Positions 17,418-27,444 of a stretch of 64,000 nt of DNA are shown here, one piece after another. Under the pieces are notes generated by a model. The model saw only the letters and a program-made list of their open reading frames with translations, had not been told where the DNA came from and made no database searches. Within the stretch, counting starts at the first letter, position 1. Every line of letters starts with the position of its first letter. The stretch comes from an uncultured Bacteroidales bacterium. Lineage in GTDB: Bacteria > Bacteroidota > Bacteroidia > Bacteroidales > BM520. Made by a program: the position numbers and the translations under genes. The stretch lies in assembly GCA_964594665.1 (NCBI GenBank), contig CAZQNY010000001.1, positions 77,030 to 141,029 of the forward strand. Direction: 5' to 3'.

Positions 17418-18143
17418 ATGTTTAAAAAGCCCGGTTTTAAGCAATCATTTATTAAAAAATTTAAGCGCATTCTATTGGTGCTATATAAAAAAGCATGTAG
17501 TGCTTCAGCAACTGTATTGCGATCACTTTACAGAAGCGTAAAGCGCGTACACAAGGTTCTTGCACCCTATATTAATGCATTTAAAAGGTCGGTTATTAAT
17601 AAAAGTGATGAGTTCGGAGAGATTATTTATAAATATGGTGTAATGATCTTCGATATGGATCCTGACCAAATTGAAGAAGGCTTTAATGAACCCTCGTATA
17701 TCGTGGAGACCAATGCCCGTTATATGGATAAGAATGCGGTTTGGGAATTCAAATCCGTACAATCACAACACCAGGGAATCCGGTTTAATAGCTTAAGATA
17801 CTCTCGTTTACTAGCCTTTAAAGCATTGGATCACCTCAAAAGTATAATTTCAAAAGCAGGATTGTCGTTCAATGCCGCCTCAATGCTCCTGGGCCGACTG
17901 ACAGTATCCGGGAATGAAATGCCATCCAAAAATATCCTTGTACAGCAGCAGAAGGAAACAAATCATATTTCGTTCATAAATGCAGTAAAACTATTTGTAA
18001 ACCGTGTAGGAAAAGGCCTCTCGTACCACAAGAGTAACTCGTTTAGCAATAATTGGTTTCAGACCAACTCATACCTCTGGAAATCAGTTAGTTTAGCTGT
18101 TTTAGAGAAAGGGGAGGAGCACTTCAGATATAAAAGAGAATGA
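17418..18143 (+). CDS. Hypothetical protein with a strongly basic N-terminus
   Basis: 241-aa ORF with ATG at 17418, divergent from the 403-aa gene across a 201-nt AT-rich spacer. I recognise no family. Confidence 0.4.
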   Translation: MFKKPGFKQSFIKKFKRILLVLYKKACSASATVLRSLYRSVKRVHKVLAPYINAFKRSVINKSDEFGEIIYKYGVMIFDMDPDQIEEGFNEPSYIVETNARYMDKNAVWEFKSVQSQHQGIRFNSLRYSRLLAFKALDHLKSIISKAGLSFNAASMLLGRLTVSGNEMPSKNILVQQQKETNHISFINAVKLFVNRVGKGLSYHKSNSFSNNWFQTNSYLWKSVSLAVLEKGEEHFRYKRE

Positions 18144-18256
18144 GATACCGCCCAATCGCATAATGTATTCTGATGATTTAAATCTATATTTGCATTACAA
18201 AGATGCTGATAAAAAGGGCATTATTGTGTTTTTTAACTGAAAATCAACTCTTTATA

Positions 18257-19216
18257 ATGGAGATATATCCCGTTTTTCATCAGATTTTGCTGCTCTTTAT
18301 TATGATTGCTGCAGGATTCACAGGTGGCAAAACAAGAATCCTGGGCAAAGGGTCGGACGATGTAATCGCCAAACTTGTATTCAATATCACGTTACCCTGT
18401 TTGCTTCTTACGTCAATAACCGGAATGGATATGACTCCGGAAATATGGAAAAACGGTATTGGGGTAATTATCTTTTCTGCCTTGATCCATGGTTTGCAGA
18501 TGCTGATTGGATATACCAGCTCCAGAATATTGAAACTTTCTGAAAGAAAATCAGTTATCCATATAATCCACACCTTTAAAGGGAATACTATTTTCATTGG
18601 CTTTCCTTTACTTGATGCACTGTTTCCCGGTGGAGAAGGCCTCTTATATGCTGCCCTTTATAACTTTGCAAGTAATATTATTATGTGGACCATAGGTGTA
18701 ATGTTTCTGGATAAGAGCCATAAAAAACATCCTTTGGATAACCTGAAAAAGCTCATAAATATCAATACCATTGCATTATTGATTGGCCTTGGTTTTTTGA
18801 TTGCAGGGGTCAGCTTCCCTGATATTATTACCGGAAGCATCGGCCGGCTCGGGTCTGCAACTTCACCATTGGCTATGATATTTATCGGCCTTAAATTCTC
18901 AGAAATTCGTTTTAAAAGTATTGTGACCGACAAATCGGCATGGGTTTATAGTTTTAATAAACTGTTATTTGTACCCATGATTTCCGGGTTATTAATTTTT
19001 CTGGCGGGAAATATTCCATTTTTTCAGATTAGCGACACTGCAAGGATGTGTGTGCTTATGCAGGCATCAACACCTGGATTTGCCATGATGATGATTATTT
19101 CCAGGATTTACAATGCAGACACCGACACAGCTGTTAAAAATTTCTTTTTAAGTACACTACTAAGCATCTTTTCATTACCGCTGGTGTATGTCATCCTTGA
19201 ATTACTTTATTTCTAA
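18257..19216 (+). CDS. AEC-family (auxin efflux carrier type) transporter
   Basis: Polytopic membrane ORF. The likely start is the internal ATG giving MEIYPVFHQILLLFIMIAAGFTGGKTRILGKGSDDVIAKLVFNITLPCLLL, a typical AEC N-terminus. Confidence 0.75.
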   Translation: MEIYPVFHQILLLFIMIAAGFTGGKTRILGKGSDDVIAKLVFNITLPCLLLTSITGMDMTPEIWKNGIGVIIFSALIHGLQMLIGYTSSRILKLSERKSVIHIIHTFKGNTIFIGFPLLDALFPGGEGLLYAALYNFASNIIMWTIGVMFLDKSHKKHPLDNLKKLININTIALLIGLGFLIAGVSFPDIITGSIGRLGSATSPLAMIFIGLKFSEIRFKSIVTDKSAWVYSFNKLLFVPMISGLLIFLAGNIPFFQISDTARMCVLMQASTPGFAMMMIISRIYNADTDTAVKNFFLSTLLSIFSLPLVYVILELLYF

Positions 19217-19713
19217 CAATGACATAAATTCTGAATTTTATAAAGTAGGGCATGTCTCAAATAATAAACTTAACATAATACAAATTATCGGACAAATATA
19301 TAGCGGGTAAACACTGGTAATCAGCGTGTTATATTTTGTTGTAAAAAAATAGTAAACTAAATTTGTATTATGAAAGAAATTAAGCTGATTCAGTACAACT
19401 TACCGGATAATACATCCGTCTACACAAAAAGACGTCAATTCTCAATCACTTTGGCCTGGGACGGACAGACAAAGTATTTCCATTCAAAAATCAAATGTTG
19501 GCACCGATAAAGTAGGTATCAGCAAACATAATGATCACAATCACCAGTGGAATCCTTACCAGTGTGTGAATGCTTTTCAATGATGCGGCTGTAAACTTCA
19601 TAGTAAATTTTCGTTTTTGAGTTACAAGGACAGGACAGTGGAATCATATGGGTTGGCTATTTCTTGCAATTCCTTGCGATTTTCCACGATAGCACCGATT
19701 ATTGAAAAAGTTG

Positions 19714-19721
19714 TATTTTTG
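19714..19721 (+). promoter_or_regulatory. Bacteroidota -7 promoter box (TAttTTTG) upstream of the toxin-antitoxin pair
   Basis: tatttttg lies 25 nt upstream of the antitoxin ATG (19747) and matches TAnnTTTG. I did not find a clear -33 TTG at the canonical spacing. Confidence 0.35.
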
Positions 19722-19746
19722 TAGGGAACAAAAAAAAGAGGCAATC

Positions 19747-19959
19747 ATGGCAACATACACGATAACAATCAGCGACAGTACAAACAGAACAAAAGCCCTT
19801 ATTCAAATGATTCTGGAGTATGCAAAAATTGATAATCAATATATCAAAGTTGAAGATACTCCCAATGAAACTACCATTAAAGCAATGATGGACGCAGAAC
19901 ATGGAAAAGGAACAAGGACTAAAAGCAAGAAAGATTTTTTTGAAAAACTAAACAGCTAA
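19747..19959 (+). CDS. Type II antitoxin, partner of the YafQ-family toxin
   Basis: MATYTITISDSTNRTKALIQMILEYAKIDNQYIKVEDTPNETTIKAMMDAEHGKGTRTKSKKDFFEKLNS. This is the small two-part protein usually found upstream of RelE/YafQ toxins in Bacteroidota. Its stop codon is 1 nt before the toxin ATG. Confidence 0.7.
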   Translation: MATYTITISDSTNRTKALIQMILEYAKIDNQYIKVEDTPNETTIKAMMDAEHGKGTRTKSKKDFFEKLNS

Positions 19960-19960
19960 G

Positions 19961-20233
19961 ATGTTCACCTGTAACTTCACAAACGAATTCAAAAGAGACT
20001 ATAAAAGAGCGCTTAAAAGGCGTAAGAAAATGAATTTGTTTGAAAGTGTCTATGATCATCTGGCAAAGAGTGGGAGTTTACCTCCAAAGTACAAACCTCA
20101 CCCACTCAAAGGAAAATGGATTGGGAATATTGATGCTCACATAGGACCTGATTGGATTTTGATTTACAGGATTGATACTGAAAAAAAAGAGGTTTGGTTT
20201 ATTCGTATGGGATCTCATTCAGACTTATTTTAA
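19961..20233 (+). CDS. yafQ: YafQ-family (RelE superfamily) mRNA interferase toxin
   Basis: 90 aa: FKRDYKRALKRRKKMNLFESVYDHLAKSGSLPPKYKPHPLKGKWIGNIDAHIGPDWILIYRIDTEKKEVWFIRMGSHSDLF. It matches the YafQ pattern, ending in (R)TGSHSDLF. Confidence 0.85.
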   Translation: MFTCNFTNEFKRDYKRALKRRKKMNLFESVYDHLAKSGSLPPKYKPHPLKGKWIGNIDAHIGPDWILIYRIDTEKKEVWFIRMGSHSDLF

Positions 20234-20240
20234 TAAAAAA

Positions 20241-20263
20241 AGCCTGGATCAATGAACCAGGCT
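20241..20263. terminator. Hairpin immediately after the yafQ stop codon
   Basis: agcctgg-atcaatgaa-ccaggct forms a perfect 7-bp stem. The A-run lies on its 5' side on the + strand, so the U-tract is on the minus strand and its directionality is ambiguous. Confidence 0.35.
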
Positions 20264-20395
20264 CTTCAAATACAAGATTCAACTGTTTGAGTTGCTCTTT
20301 TACAGCCTTCATCTGTTTTGATTTTGCGGTTTTTTCCATCTTTTCCAGTTCAAAATACTCCAACATCTCCGGGTATTTTTCAATTCTGCGACTAA

Positions 20396-20551
20396 GACAT
20401 TGCTTTGATAGTACATTCAATAAGCGACAAAACAAACAGAACAAAAGCTTTGCTTTATATGATTATTGAGTGTGCAAAAATTGATAATAAATTCACAACA
20501 TCAAAACGCGGATCCTTTCCGGAATTCTTATCACAATTAAGATTTTCGTAA
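20396..20551 (+). pseudogene. Decayed or truncated second copy of the antitoxin N-terminal module
   Basis: The frame reads ..IVHSISDKTNRTKALLYMIIECAKIDNKFTTSKRGSFPEFLSQLRFS*, compared with ITISDSTNRTKALIQMILEYAKIDNQY in the intact gene. It shares identical nucleotide runs with 19771-19842 (acaaacagaacaaaagc, tgcaaaaattgataat). There is no in-frame ATG (only a TTG at 20405), no toxin-binding C-terminal half and no cognate toxin. Confidence 0.5.
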
Positions 20552-20584
20552 AATAAAAAGGCTGCCTGCTCGCAACAGACAGCC
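20551..20584 (-). terminator. Intrinsic terminator of the TPR gene
   Basis: ggctgcctg-ctcgcaa-cagacagcc forms a 9-bp stem with one mismatch. On the minus strand it is followed by a T-rich run. It lies 26 nt beyond the stop codon at 20610. Confidence 0.55.
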
Positions 20585-20609
20585 TTGAAAAAAGTAACGA
20601 TTCGCAGTA

Positions 20610-21878
20610 TTAACGCTCTAAGCGAGCATTAATTTCTTTTACTTTGTCATACATACTTAAACGGGAATAGATCTCTTTAAGTGATGTTAAAGTATATTGA
20701 TCATCAGGTTGTAACTCATCCGCTTTCTCAAGATATGGCAGAGCCTGCTTGAGGAAGTCTTTCATCTCAGTTTGTTTTGCCTGATATTCATCATTTGCAT
20801 CCAAAGGAAGTGCATTAATCTCTTCCTGTATTACAGCAGCCTTGTTAACATACAGTGCACCAAGGTTGTAGTTGGCATCAAAGTAATTGGGATCAAGTTC
20901 TATAGCTCTTTTATAAGCTGAGGCAGCTTTATCAAAATCTTCGAGAACATCATAGGATACTCCGGCAGCATAGAAAATTGTAGCGTTATCTTTTTCTATA
21001 TCCATCAGGTATTCAAGAAGTTCAACAGTTTTTGCATTATTCTCAAGTTTAAGATAAATATTAGCCTCATTAATGATAAGATCTACATCTTTGGGGAATT
21101 TCTCTTTCGCAACATTAATTACTTCCAGTGCTTCATTGTATTTTTCATTCTCAATATAGTTCTGAACTGCAAGTTTATATGCAAGGTTTGCATTACTTAA
21201 TGATGATGAATCTACAGTACCCAATTTTCCAAGAATGTCATACGCTTTTTCAAATGCTGAAGCAGCTTCAAGGTAAGCTTCTTCGTTATATTTAGCAACT
21301 GCAGTATTAAACACATTATCATAGATAACACCCATGTTACCAAGGGCCTTTTGTTTAAGGTCATTATCATCGACATTGAATTCCAGGGAATTCATTAAAG
21401 CTTCTTCTGCTTCTGCCAGTAAATTTCTTGATGCAAATGCTCCATCTGTTGGTTCAATCACTTCTACCAGTTTATCTTCTGCACTGATGATAAACTCCAG
21501 GCCATACTTATAGGTAAGTTTACGTCCTTTGGTGCCATCATCAAACTTATAACGTTTATCTGATAAAGCTTTAACCGGCTGATACTGGTTTCCAAAAGAA
21601 GCCATTTTTGCTTCTACTTCCTCCTGTGACATACCCAATTCACAGCTATTGGCCCATTTGTACAAATTATTCATTTCCAGACAAATAGCTCCTTTATAGA
21701 ACCATGCCTTATGGTCTTTTTTAGTATCTTCATGGCTTACCGCTTTATCTGCAGATTCAAGGGCTTTTCCCAGTTGTTCGTTCCTGAGGTAATTGGAAGC
21801 GTTCTGGATTTCAACTTTTTGCGCAAAACTTACGGTCGCAGCCAAAAATAGTATTGCGGCAACAAATAACTTTTTCAT
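20610..21878 (-). CDS. Exported TPR-repeat protein
   Basis: The internal ATG gives MKKLFVAAILFLAATVSFAQ, a signal peptide. There are repeated TPR-like helices, e.g. AYKRAIELDPNYFDANYNLGALYVNKA. Confidence 0.7.
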   Translation of the reverse strand: MKKLFVAAILFLAATVSFAQKVEIQNASNYLRNEQLGKALESADKAVSHEDTKKDHKAWFYKGAICLEMNNLYKWANSCELGMSQEEVEAKMASFGNQYQPVKALSDKRYKFDDGTKGRKLTYKYGLEFIISAEDKLVEVIEPTDGAFASRNLLAEAEEALMNSLEFNVDDNDLKQKALGNMGVIYDNVFNTAVAKYNEEAYLEAASAFEKAYDILGKLGTVDSSSLSNANLAYKLAVQNYIENEKYNEALEVINVAKEKFPKDVDLIINEANIYLKLENNAKTVELLEYLMDIEKDNATIFYAAGVSYDVLEDFDKAASAYKRAIELDPNYFDANYNLGALYVNKAAVIQEEINALPLDANDEYQAKQTEMKDFLKQALPYLEKADELQPDDQYTLTSLKEIYSRLSMYDKVKEINARLER

Positions 21879-21964
21879 GTGGAAAAATTTAAATTTCGTA
21901 ATATGTTCTTGTTTCTTAAAAATCATGTCGTTTACCTTTGACAAATGTAAGACATCCTTACAAA

Positions 21965-24511
21965 CTAATCAATATCTGTACCATTTTCCGTATTGGTTGT
22001 TTCAATGGATGTGCCTTCTGATGTATCATCTTTATTTTCAGTGTCTTCAGGTGTTTCTTCCGTTTCATCTTCAACAACATCTACTTTTGTCACAGCGGCG
22101 ATGGAATCATTATCTCGAAGATGAATCAGACGTACGCCCTGGGTTGCCCGACCCATTGTCCGAAGTTCGGAAACTGCCATTCTGATTGTAATCCCCGATC
22201 GGTTAATGATCATTAAATCATCACTGTCAACAACGCTGTGAATAGAAATCAAGTCGCCTGTTTTTTCGGTGATACTCATTGTTTTCACACCTTTACCACC
22301 CCGGTTGGTTACGCGGTAATCTTCTAATGATGAACGTTTTCCGTAACCATTTTCTGATACCACAAGTACTTCGCTCTCTGAATCATTAATGCAAATCATT
22401 CCAATAACTTCATCTTCCTGCGAATTAAGTGTTATTCCTCTTACCCCGGAGGCATTACGCCCCATAGCACGAACATTACTTTCATGGAAGCGAATTGCCC
22501 TGCCACTTCTGAGCGCCATGAGGACTTCATAATTACCATCTGTCATTCTGGCTTGCAGGAGTTCATCCCCTTCACGAATGGTAATTGCATTGATACCACT
22601 TTGCCTTGGGCGGGAATAAGCTTCCAGTGAAGTTTTTTTGATAACACCTTTTTTAGTACAAAGGATAATGTTGTTATTATTTATATAATCCTGATCTTTA
22701 ATATCTTTAAGATTAATAAATGCTTTTACGCGGTCATCGGGAGGAATACTGATAACATTTTGTATCGCTCTTCCTTTGGATGATTTTCCACCTTCAGGGA
22801 TTTCGAATACCCGAAGCCAGAAGCATTTCCCTTTTTCCGTAAAGAAAAGCATATAATTATGCATGGAAGCAACAAAGAGGTATTCCACAAAGTCATCTCC
22901 ACGGATTGAAGATCCGCGTGCTCCGATGCCTCCCCTGCCCTGTCGGCGGTATTCGGCCAGTGGCGTACGTTTTATATATCCAAGATGAGAAATCGTTATC
23001 ACAACATCTTCATCAGCGATAATATCTTCAATGCGGAAATCCTGAGCAGAATATTCAATTTGTGAGCGCGATTCATCACCATATTTTTCTTTTACCTCCA
23101 GCAGTTCATCCTTGATTATCTGCATTCTGCGCTCTTTACTTTCAAGAATTTCTTTCAATTCAGCGATCAGCTTCATTAACTCATCATACTCAGCTCTGAT
23201 TTTATCCTGCTCCAGGCCTGTGAGCTTCTGCAGGCGCATATCAAGAATTGCTCTGGCCTGTATTTCAGAAAGGCTAAATCGGGTTATAAGCCCTGTTCTT
23301 GCCTCTTCAGGTGTTTTACTGGCACGGATAAGCTTGATTATTTCATCCAGGTTATCTAAAGCAATGAGTAAACCCTCAAGAATATGAGCACGCTTTTCAG
23401 CTTCCTTTAATTCGTATTGCGTTCTTCTGACGACAACCTCATGGCGGTGTTCCACAAAGTACTTAATCAGCTGTTTGAGGTTCAGCAGCATTGGCCGGCC
23501 ATTAACAAGGGCAATATTATTGACCGAGAATGATGTTTGTAATGCTGTATATTGATACAGTTTGTTTAGAACTACATTTGAGATTGCGTCTTTTTTAAGT
23601 TCGTAAACGATTCGTAATCCGTTTCGGTCACTTTCATCACGAATATCAGAGATACCTTCAATTTTCTTTTCATTTACCAGGTCTGCGGTTTTTTTGATCA
23701 TTTCCGCTTTATTCACCTGATAGGGAATAGAAGTCACGATGATTGTTTCCCTGCCATGGTTGTTTTCTTCCACTTTAGCTTCTCCCCTCATAACAACACG
23801 ACCACGACCGGTTTCATAAGCATCTTTTACGCCTTCATAGCCGTAAATTATTCCTCCGGTGGGGAAATCGGGGGCTTTAATAAACTTCATCAAACCGGCA
23901 ATATCGATATCTGTGTCATCGATATAAGCGATAGTACCATCCACTACTTCGGAAAGGTTGTGGGGAGGCATATTTGTGGCCATACCTACGGCAATACCGG
24001 AGGCACCATTAACCAATAGCTGAGGAATTCTTGATGGCAGTACGGTTGGTTCCTTCAGCGAATCGTCGAAATTGAGCTGGAAATCAACGGTATCTTTATT
24101 GATATCTGCGAGCATTTCTTCAGCTATTTTCTGAAGCCTGGCTTCAGTATAACGCATTGCCGCCGGGCTGTCACCGTCAATTGAGCCAAAGTTTCCCTGG
24201 CCGTCGACCAATGGATATCTTAATGACCATTCCTGAGCCATACGAACCATGGCATCATATACTGCGGTATCACCATGAGGGTGATATTTACCCAGCACCT
24301 CTCCAACGATCCTTGCTGATTTTTTATAGGGTTTCCCTGAAGAGATCCCCAGTTCAGCCATCCCGAATAGTATTCTGCGGTGTACTGGCTTCATTCCGTC
24401 ACGCACATCCGGCAAGGCACGGCTAACAATTACACTCATGGAGTAATCGATATAAGCCGATTTCATCTGATTTTCGATGTTAACCTTTACGATCCGCTCT
24501 CTATCTTGCAT
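21965..24511 (-). CDS. gyrA: DNA gyrase subunit A
   Basis: [31 protein letters not shown] and [18 protein letters not shown] are present. 848 aa with C-terminal beta-pinwheel repeats and an acidic tail. Confidence 0.97.
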   Translation of the reverse strand: MQDRERIVKVNIENQMKSAYIDYSMSVIVSRALPDVRDGMKPVHRRILFGMAELGISSGKPYKKSARIVGEVLGKYHPHGDTAVYDAMVRMAQEWSLRYPLVDGQGNFGSIDGDSPAAMRYTEARLQKIAEEMLADINKDTVDFQLNFDDSLKEPTVLPSRIPQLLVNGASGIAVGMATNMPPHNLSEVVDGTIAYIDDTDIDIAGLMKFIKAPDFPTGGIIYGYEGVKDAYETGRGRVVMRGEAKVEENNHGRETIIVTSIPYQVNKAEMIKKTADLVNEKKIEGISDIRDESDRNGLRIVYELKKDAISNVVLNKLYQYTALQTSFSVNNIALVNGRPMLLNLKQLIKYFVEHRHEVVVRRTQYELKEAEKRAHILEGLLIALDNLDEIIKLIRASKTPEEARTGLITRFSLSEIQARAILDMRLQKLTGLEQDKIRAEYDELMKLIAELKEILESKERRMQIIKDELLEVKEKYGDESRSQIEYSAQDFRIEDIIADEDVVITISHLGYIKRTPLAEYRRQGRGGIGARGSSIRGDDFVEYLFVASMHNYMLFFTEKGKCFWLRVFEIPEGGKSSKGRAIQNVISIPPDDRVKAFINLKDIKDQDYINNNNIILCTKKGVIKKTSLEAYSRPRQSGINAITIREGDELLQARMTDGNYEVLMALRSGRAIRFHESNVRAMGRNASGVRGITLNSQEDEVIGMICINDSESEVLVVSENGYGKRSSLEDYRVTNRGGKGVKTMSITEKTGDLISIHSVVDSDDLMIINRSGITIRMAVSELRTMGRATQGVRLIHLRDNDSIAAVTKVDVVEDETEETPEDTENKDDTSEGTSIETTNTENGTDID

Positions 24512-24774
24512 ATCTTTTCCTTTAATTCATTCATTTACAGGGGCTTAAAAAAGCCATACATAGAAGACGAATTTACAAAAATATCCCTTTCATACAACAT
24601 TCACTGAACACATATATTACTAACACTTATTTGTTGATAAAACCATGCCTCAAAATTACCATATTTCTGGTTTGGTATTATATTTGATAATCAAAGCGGG
24701 CTGCTTAGAAAATTTGATGTATTGTCAAACTATCAGACGTATTTTTTGTTCAGATTTAAAACAATAATGAATAT

Positions 24775-27372
24775 ATGGAAGCAAAATTTTCACAACGCGT
24801 AAAAGATGTTATTTCCTATAGCCGTGAAGAGGCAATACGCCTGAAAAATGGCTATATTGGAGTAGAACACCTTTTTCTGGGAATGATCAGAGATGGCGGA
24901 GGCGTTGCGATCCAAATACTTAACTACCTGGGTGTGGATATGCCAGAGATCCGTAAACATATTGAATCGGCTGTTGCCGGTAATATGAATGATAAAGGTT
25001 CGATTGACAGAGACAACCTGCCACTAATAAAACAGGCAGAAAGAGCCCTCAAATTAACGTACCTCGAAGCACGTACTTTTAATAGTGAAATAATTGGTAC
25101 TGAACACCTTTTGCTTGCTATTCTTAAAGATAGTAACAATATAGTATCCTCGTCACTTTCAAAGTATGGCCTTAACTACGATGCAGTTAAAGATGAAGTG
25201 ATTGCAACAACATCCGGAAAACCATCCTCGCAGGATTATCGTTTTTCTCAGGATGATCCGGTTAAAAATGAATTCCCCGATGACATGACGGAGGACCCTG
25301 CTGATGAATCATACGGAAGTTCATCAGGCGGCAGGACAAAACGATCAAAAGATTCGTCACGAAAGGATACACCGGTGCTGGATAATTTTGGCCGGGATAT
25401 CACAAAGTCAGCTGAGAATAATCAGCTTGACCCCATTGTTGGAAGAGATAAAGAGCTTGAACGCATTGCTCAGATTCTTAGCAGAAGAAAAAAGAACAAC
25501 CCGATTCTGATTGGGGAACCCGGTGTCGGTAAATCCGCTATTGCGGAAGGCCTGGCGTTGCGTATTGTCAGCCGTCAGGTTTCCAGAGCATTGTTTAATA
25601 AACGAATTTACACACTCGACCTGGCATCTGTTGTTGCAGGAACCAAATATCGCGGTCAATTCGAAGAACGCCTGAAGGCTGTGTTAAATGAACTGGAGAA
25701 AAATCCCGACATTATTCTGTTTATTGATGAAATTCATACTATCGTGGGAGCTGGTAACGCCAGTGGTAGTCTGGATGCTTCAAATATTTTTAAACCTGCA
25801 CTTGCACGTGGTGAAATACAATGCATCGGAGCAACGACACTTGATGAATACCGTCAGCATATTGAAAAGGATGGTGCGCTGGAACGCCGTTTTCAGAAAG
25901 TTCTTGTTGAACCTACCACTCCTGAAGAAACGGTGGAAATACTCAATAATATCAAGGAAAAATATGAAGACCATCATCTGGTTTCTTATACCGATGAGGC
26001 TATTGATTCCTGTGTCGCGCTTACAACACGTTACATAAGCGATCGTTATCTTCCGGATAAGGCTATTGATGCATTGGATGAAGCCGGAGCCCGTGTTCAT
26101 ATTAAAAATATTAATGTTCCTCCGGAAATTATTAATATCGAAAATGCCATTGAGGAAACCCGCTTGAATAAAACACAGGCGATTAAAGCTCAAAAATTTG
26201 AAGAAGCTGCCGGCTATCGTGATATTGAACGTAAACTTCAGGAAGACCTTTCACTGGCAAAAAAACGATGGGAAGAAGATTCAAAAATTCATCGGGAAAC
26301 AGTCAGTGAGGAAAATGTGGCAGAAGTTGTTGCCATGATGACAGGTGTTCCGGTTCAGCGTATTGCAGAAAATGAAAGCAATCGGCTGATTAATATGGAA
26401 AATGAACTTCAAAATGAAGTTATCGGGCAGGATGATGCCATAAAAAAAGTTGTTAAAGCTATCCGCCGTAACCGTGCCGGCCTTAAAGATCCTAATAAAC
26501 CTATCGGAACCTTTATTTTTCTGGGCCCGACAGGCGTTGGAAAAACTCACCTTGCAAAGGTGCTTTCTGAATACCTTTTTGATTCTCAGGATGCGTTGGT
26601 ACGCATTGATATGAGTGAATATATGGAGAAATTTGCTGTCTCACGCCTCGTAGGAGCGCCTCCGGGATATGTGGGTTATGAAGAAGGTGGCCAGCTGACT
26701 GAAAAAGTGCGCCGAAAGCCCTACTCTATCGTGTTGTTGGATGAAATTGAAAAAGCACATCCCGATATTTTCCATCTTATGCTGCAGGTTCTCGACGACG
26801 GTGTTCTGACCGACAGCCTGGGTCGTAAAGTGGATTTCAAAAACACGATTATCATTATGACCTCCAATATCGGTTCACGCCAGTTGAAAGACTTTGGTAA
26901 AGGGGTTGGATTTAATACTACGGCCAAACAGGCTGCAAGTAAAGATCATGCCCGTTCGGTTATCGAAAATGCATTGAAAAAATCCTTTGCTCCGGAATTT
27001 CTGAATCGTATTGATGACGTTGTTATCTTTGAGGAACTTCAGCGTAAATCCATTCATCAGATTATTGATATCGAATTAGCTCACCTTCTTTCGCGCGTCA
27101 GCGGTCTGGGATTCACTCTTAATGTTACTGAAAAAGCCAAAGATTTTATTGTTGAGAAAGGCTGGGACAGCCAATTTGGAGCACGTCCGTTAAAACGTGC
27201 TATTCAGAAGTATGTCGAGGATCCTCTGGCTGAAGAAATGATTAAAGCAACACTTCAACCAGGGACAATTATAAATGCTGATTACGAAGATGATATGCAG
27301 GAATTGAAAGTATCTTTTGCTGTACCGTCAAAATCGCTTGAAGAACCTGAAGATACCATTGCTGAAGCATAA
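24775..27372 (+). CDS. clpC: ATP-dependent Clp protease ATP-binding subunit (ClpC-type AAA+ chaperone)
   Basis: Clp_N repeats at the N-terminus. Two Walker A motifs ([30 protein letters not shown]). A short UVR-like linker ([18 protein letters not shown]). Confidence 0.9.
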   Translation: MEAKFSQRVKDVISYSREEAIRLKNGYIGVEHLFLGMIRDGGGVAIQILNYLGVDMPEIRKHIESAVAGNMNDKGSIDRDNLPLIKQAERALKLTYLEARTFNSEIIGTEHLLLAILKDSNNIVSSSLSKYGLNYDAVKDEVIATTSGKPSSQDYRFSQDDPVKNEFPDDMTEDPADESYGSSSGGRTKRSKDSSRKDTPVLDNFGRDITKSAENNQLDPIVGRDKELERIAQILSRRKKNNPILIGEPGVGKSAIAEGLALRIVSRQVSRALFNKRIYTLDLASVVAGTKYRGQFEERLKAVLNELEKNPDIILFIDEIHTIVGAGNASGSLDASNIFKPALARGEIQCIGATTLDEYRQHIEKDGALERRFQKVLVEPTTPEETVEILNNIKEKYEDHHLVSYTDEAIDSCVALTTRYISDRYLPDKAIDALDEAGARVHIKNINVPPEIINIENAIEETRLNKTQAIKAQKFEEAAGYRDIERKLQEDLSLAKKRWEEDSKIHRETVSEENVAEVVAMMTGVPVQRIAENESNRLINMENELQNEVIGQDDAIKKVVKAIRRNRAGLKDPNKPIGTFIFLGPTGVGKTHLAKVLSEYLFDSQDALVRIDMSEYMEKFAVSRLVGAPPGYVGYEEGGQLTEKVRRKPYSIVLLDEIEKAHPDIFHLMLQVLDDGVLTDSLGRKVDFKNTIIIMTSNIGSRQLKDFGKGVGFNTTAKQAASKDHARSVIENALKKSFAPEFLNRIDDVVIFEELQRKSIHQIIDIELAHLLSRVSGLGFTLNVTEKAKDFIVEKGWDSQFGARPLKRAIQKYVEDPLAEEMIKATLQPGTIINADYEDDMQELKVSFAVPSKSLEEPEDTIAEA

Positions 27373-27385
27373 ATCTGTTTGAAAT

Positions 27386-27427
27386 AAAAAATGGCGGGTA
27401 ACCACTATGGATTATCCGCCATTTTTT
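27386..27427. terminator. Bidirectional intrinsic terminator between clpC and the acyl-CoA dehydrogenase gene
   Basis: aaaaaatggcgg ... ccgccatttttt forms a GC core stem (atggcgg/ccgccat) flanked by an A-run and a T-run. It sits between convergent stop codons. Confidence 0.7.
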
Positions 27428-27444
27428 ATTCGGAGTTTACATTT

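Noticed and set aside
20199-20444. 81-aa minus-strand ORF between yafQ and the antitoxin relic
   Set aside because: It overlaps the yafQ 3' end, reads straight through the 20241-20263 hairpin, has no recognisable family and has no promoter box that I could find. It may reflect an antisense transcript, but I cannot support a protein call.
21793-22185. 130-aa plus-strand ORF spanning the TPR-gene start and the gyrA 3' end
   Set aside because: It is antisense to two well-supported genes, and its Cys/Leu-rich product looks random.
25780-26193. 137-aa minus-strand ORF inside clpC (similar cases at 28429-28833 in the acyl-CoA dehydrogenase gene and 10106-10402 in the STAND gene)
   Set aside because: These are antisense shadow frames of long, motif-rich CDSs.
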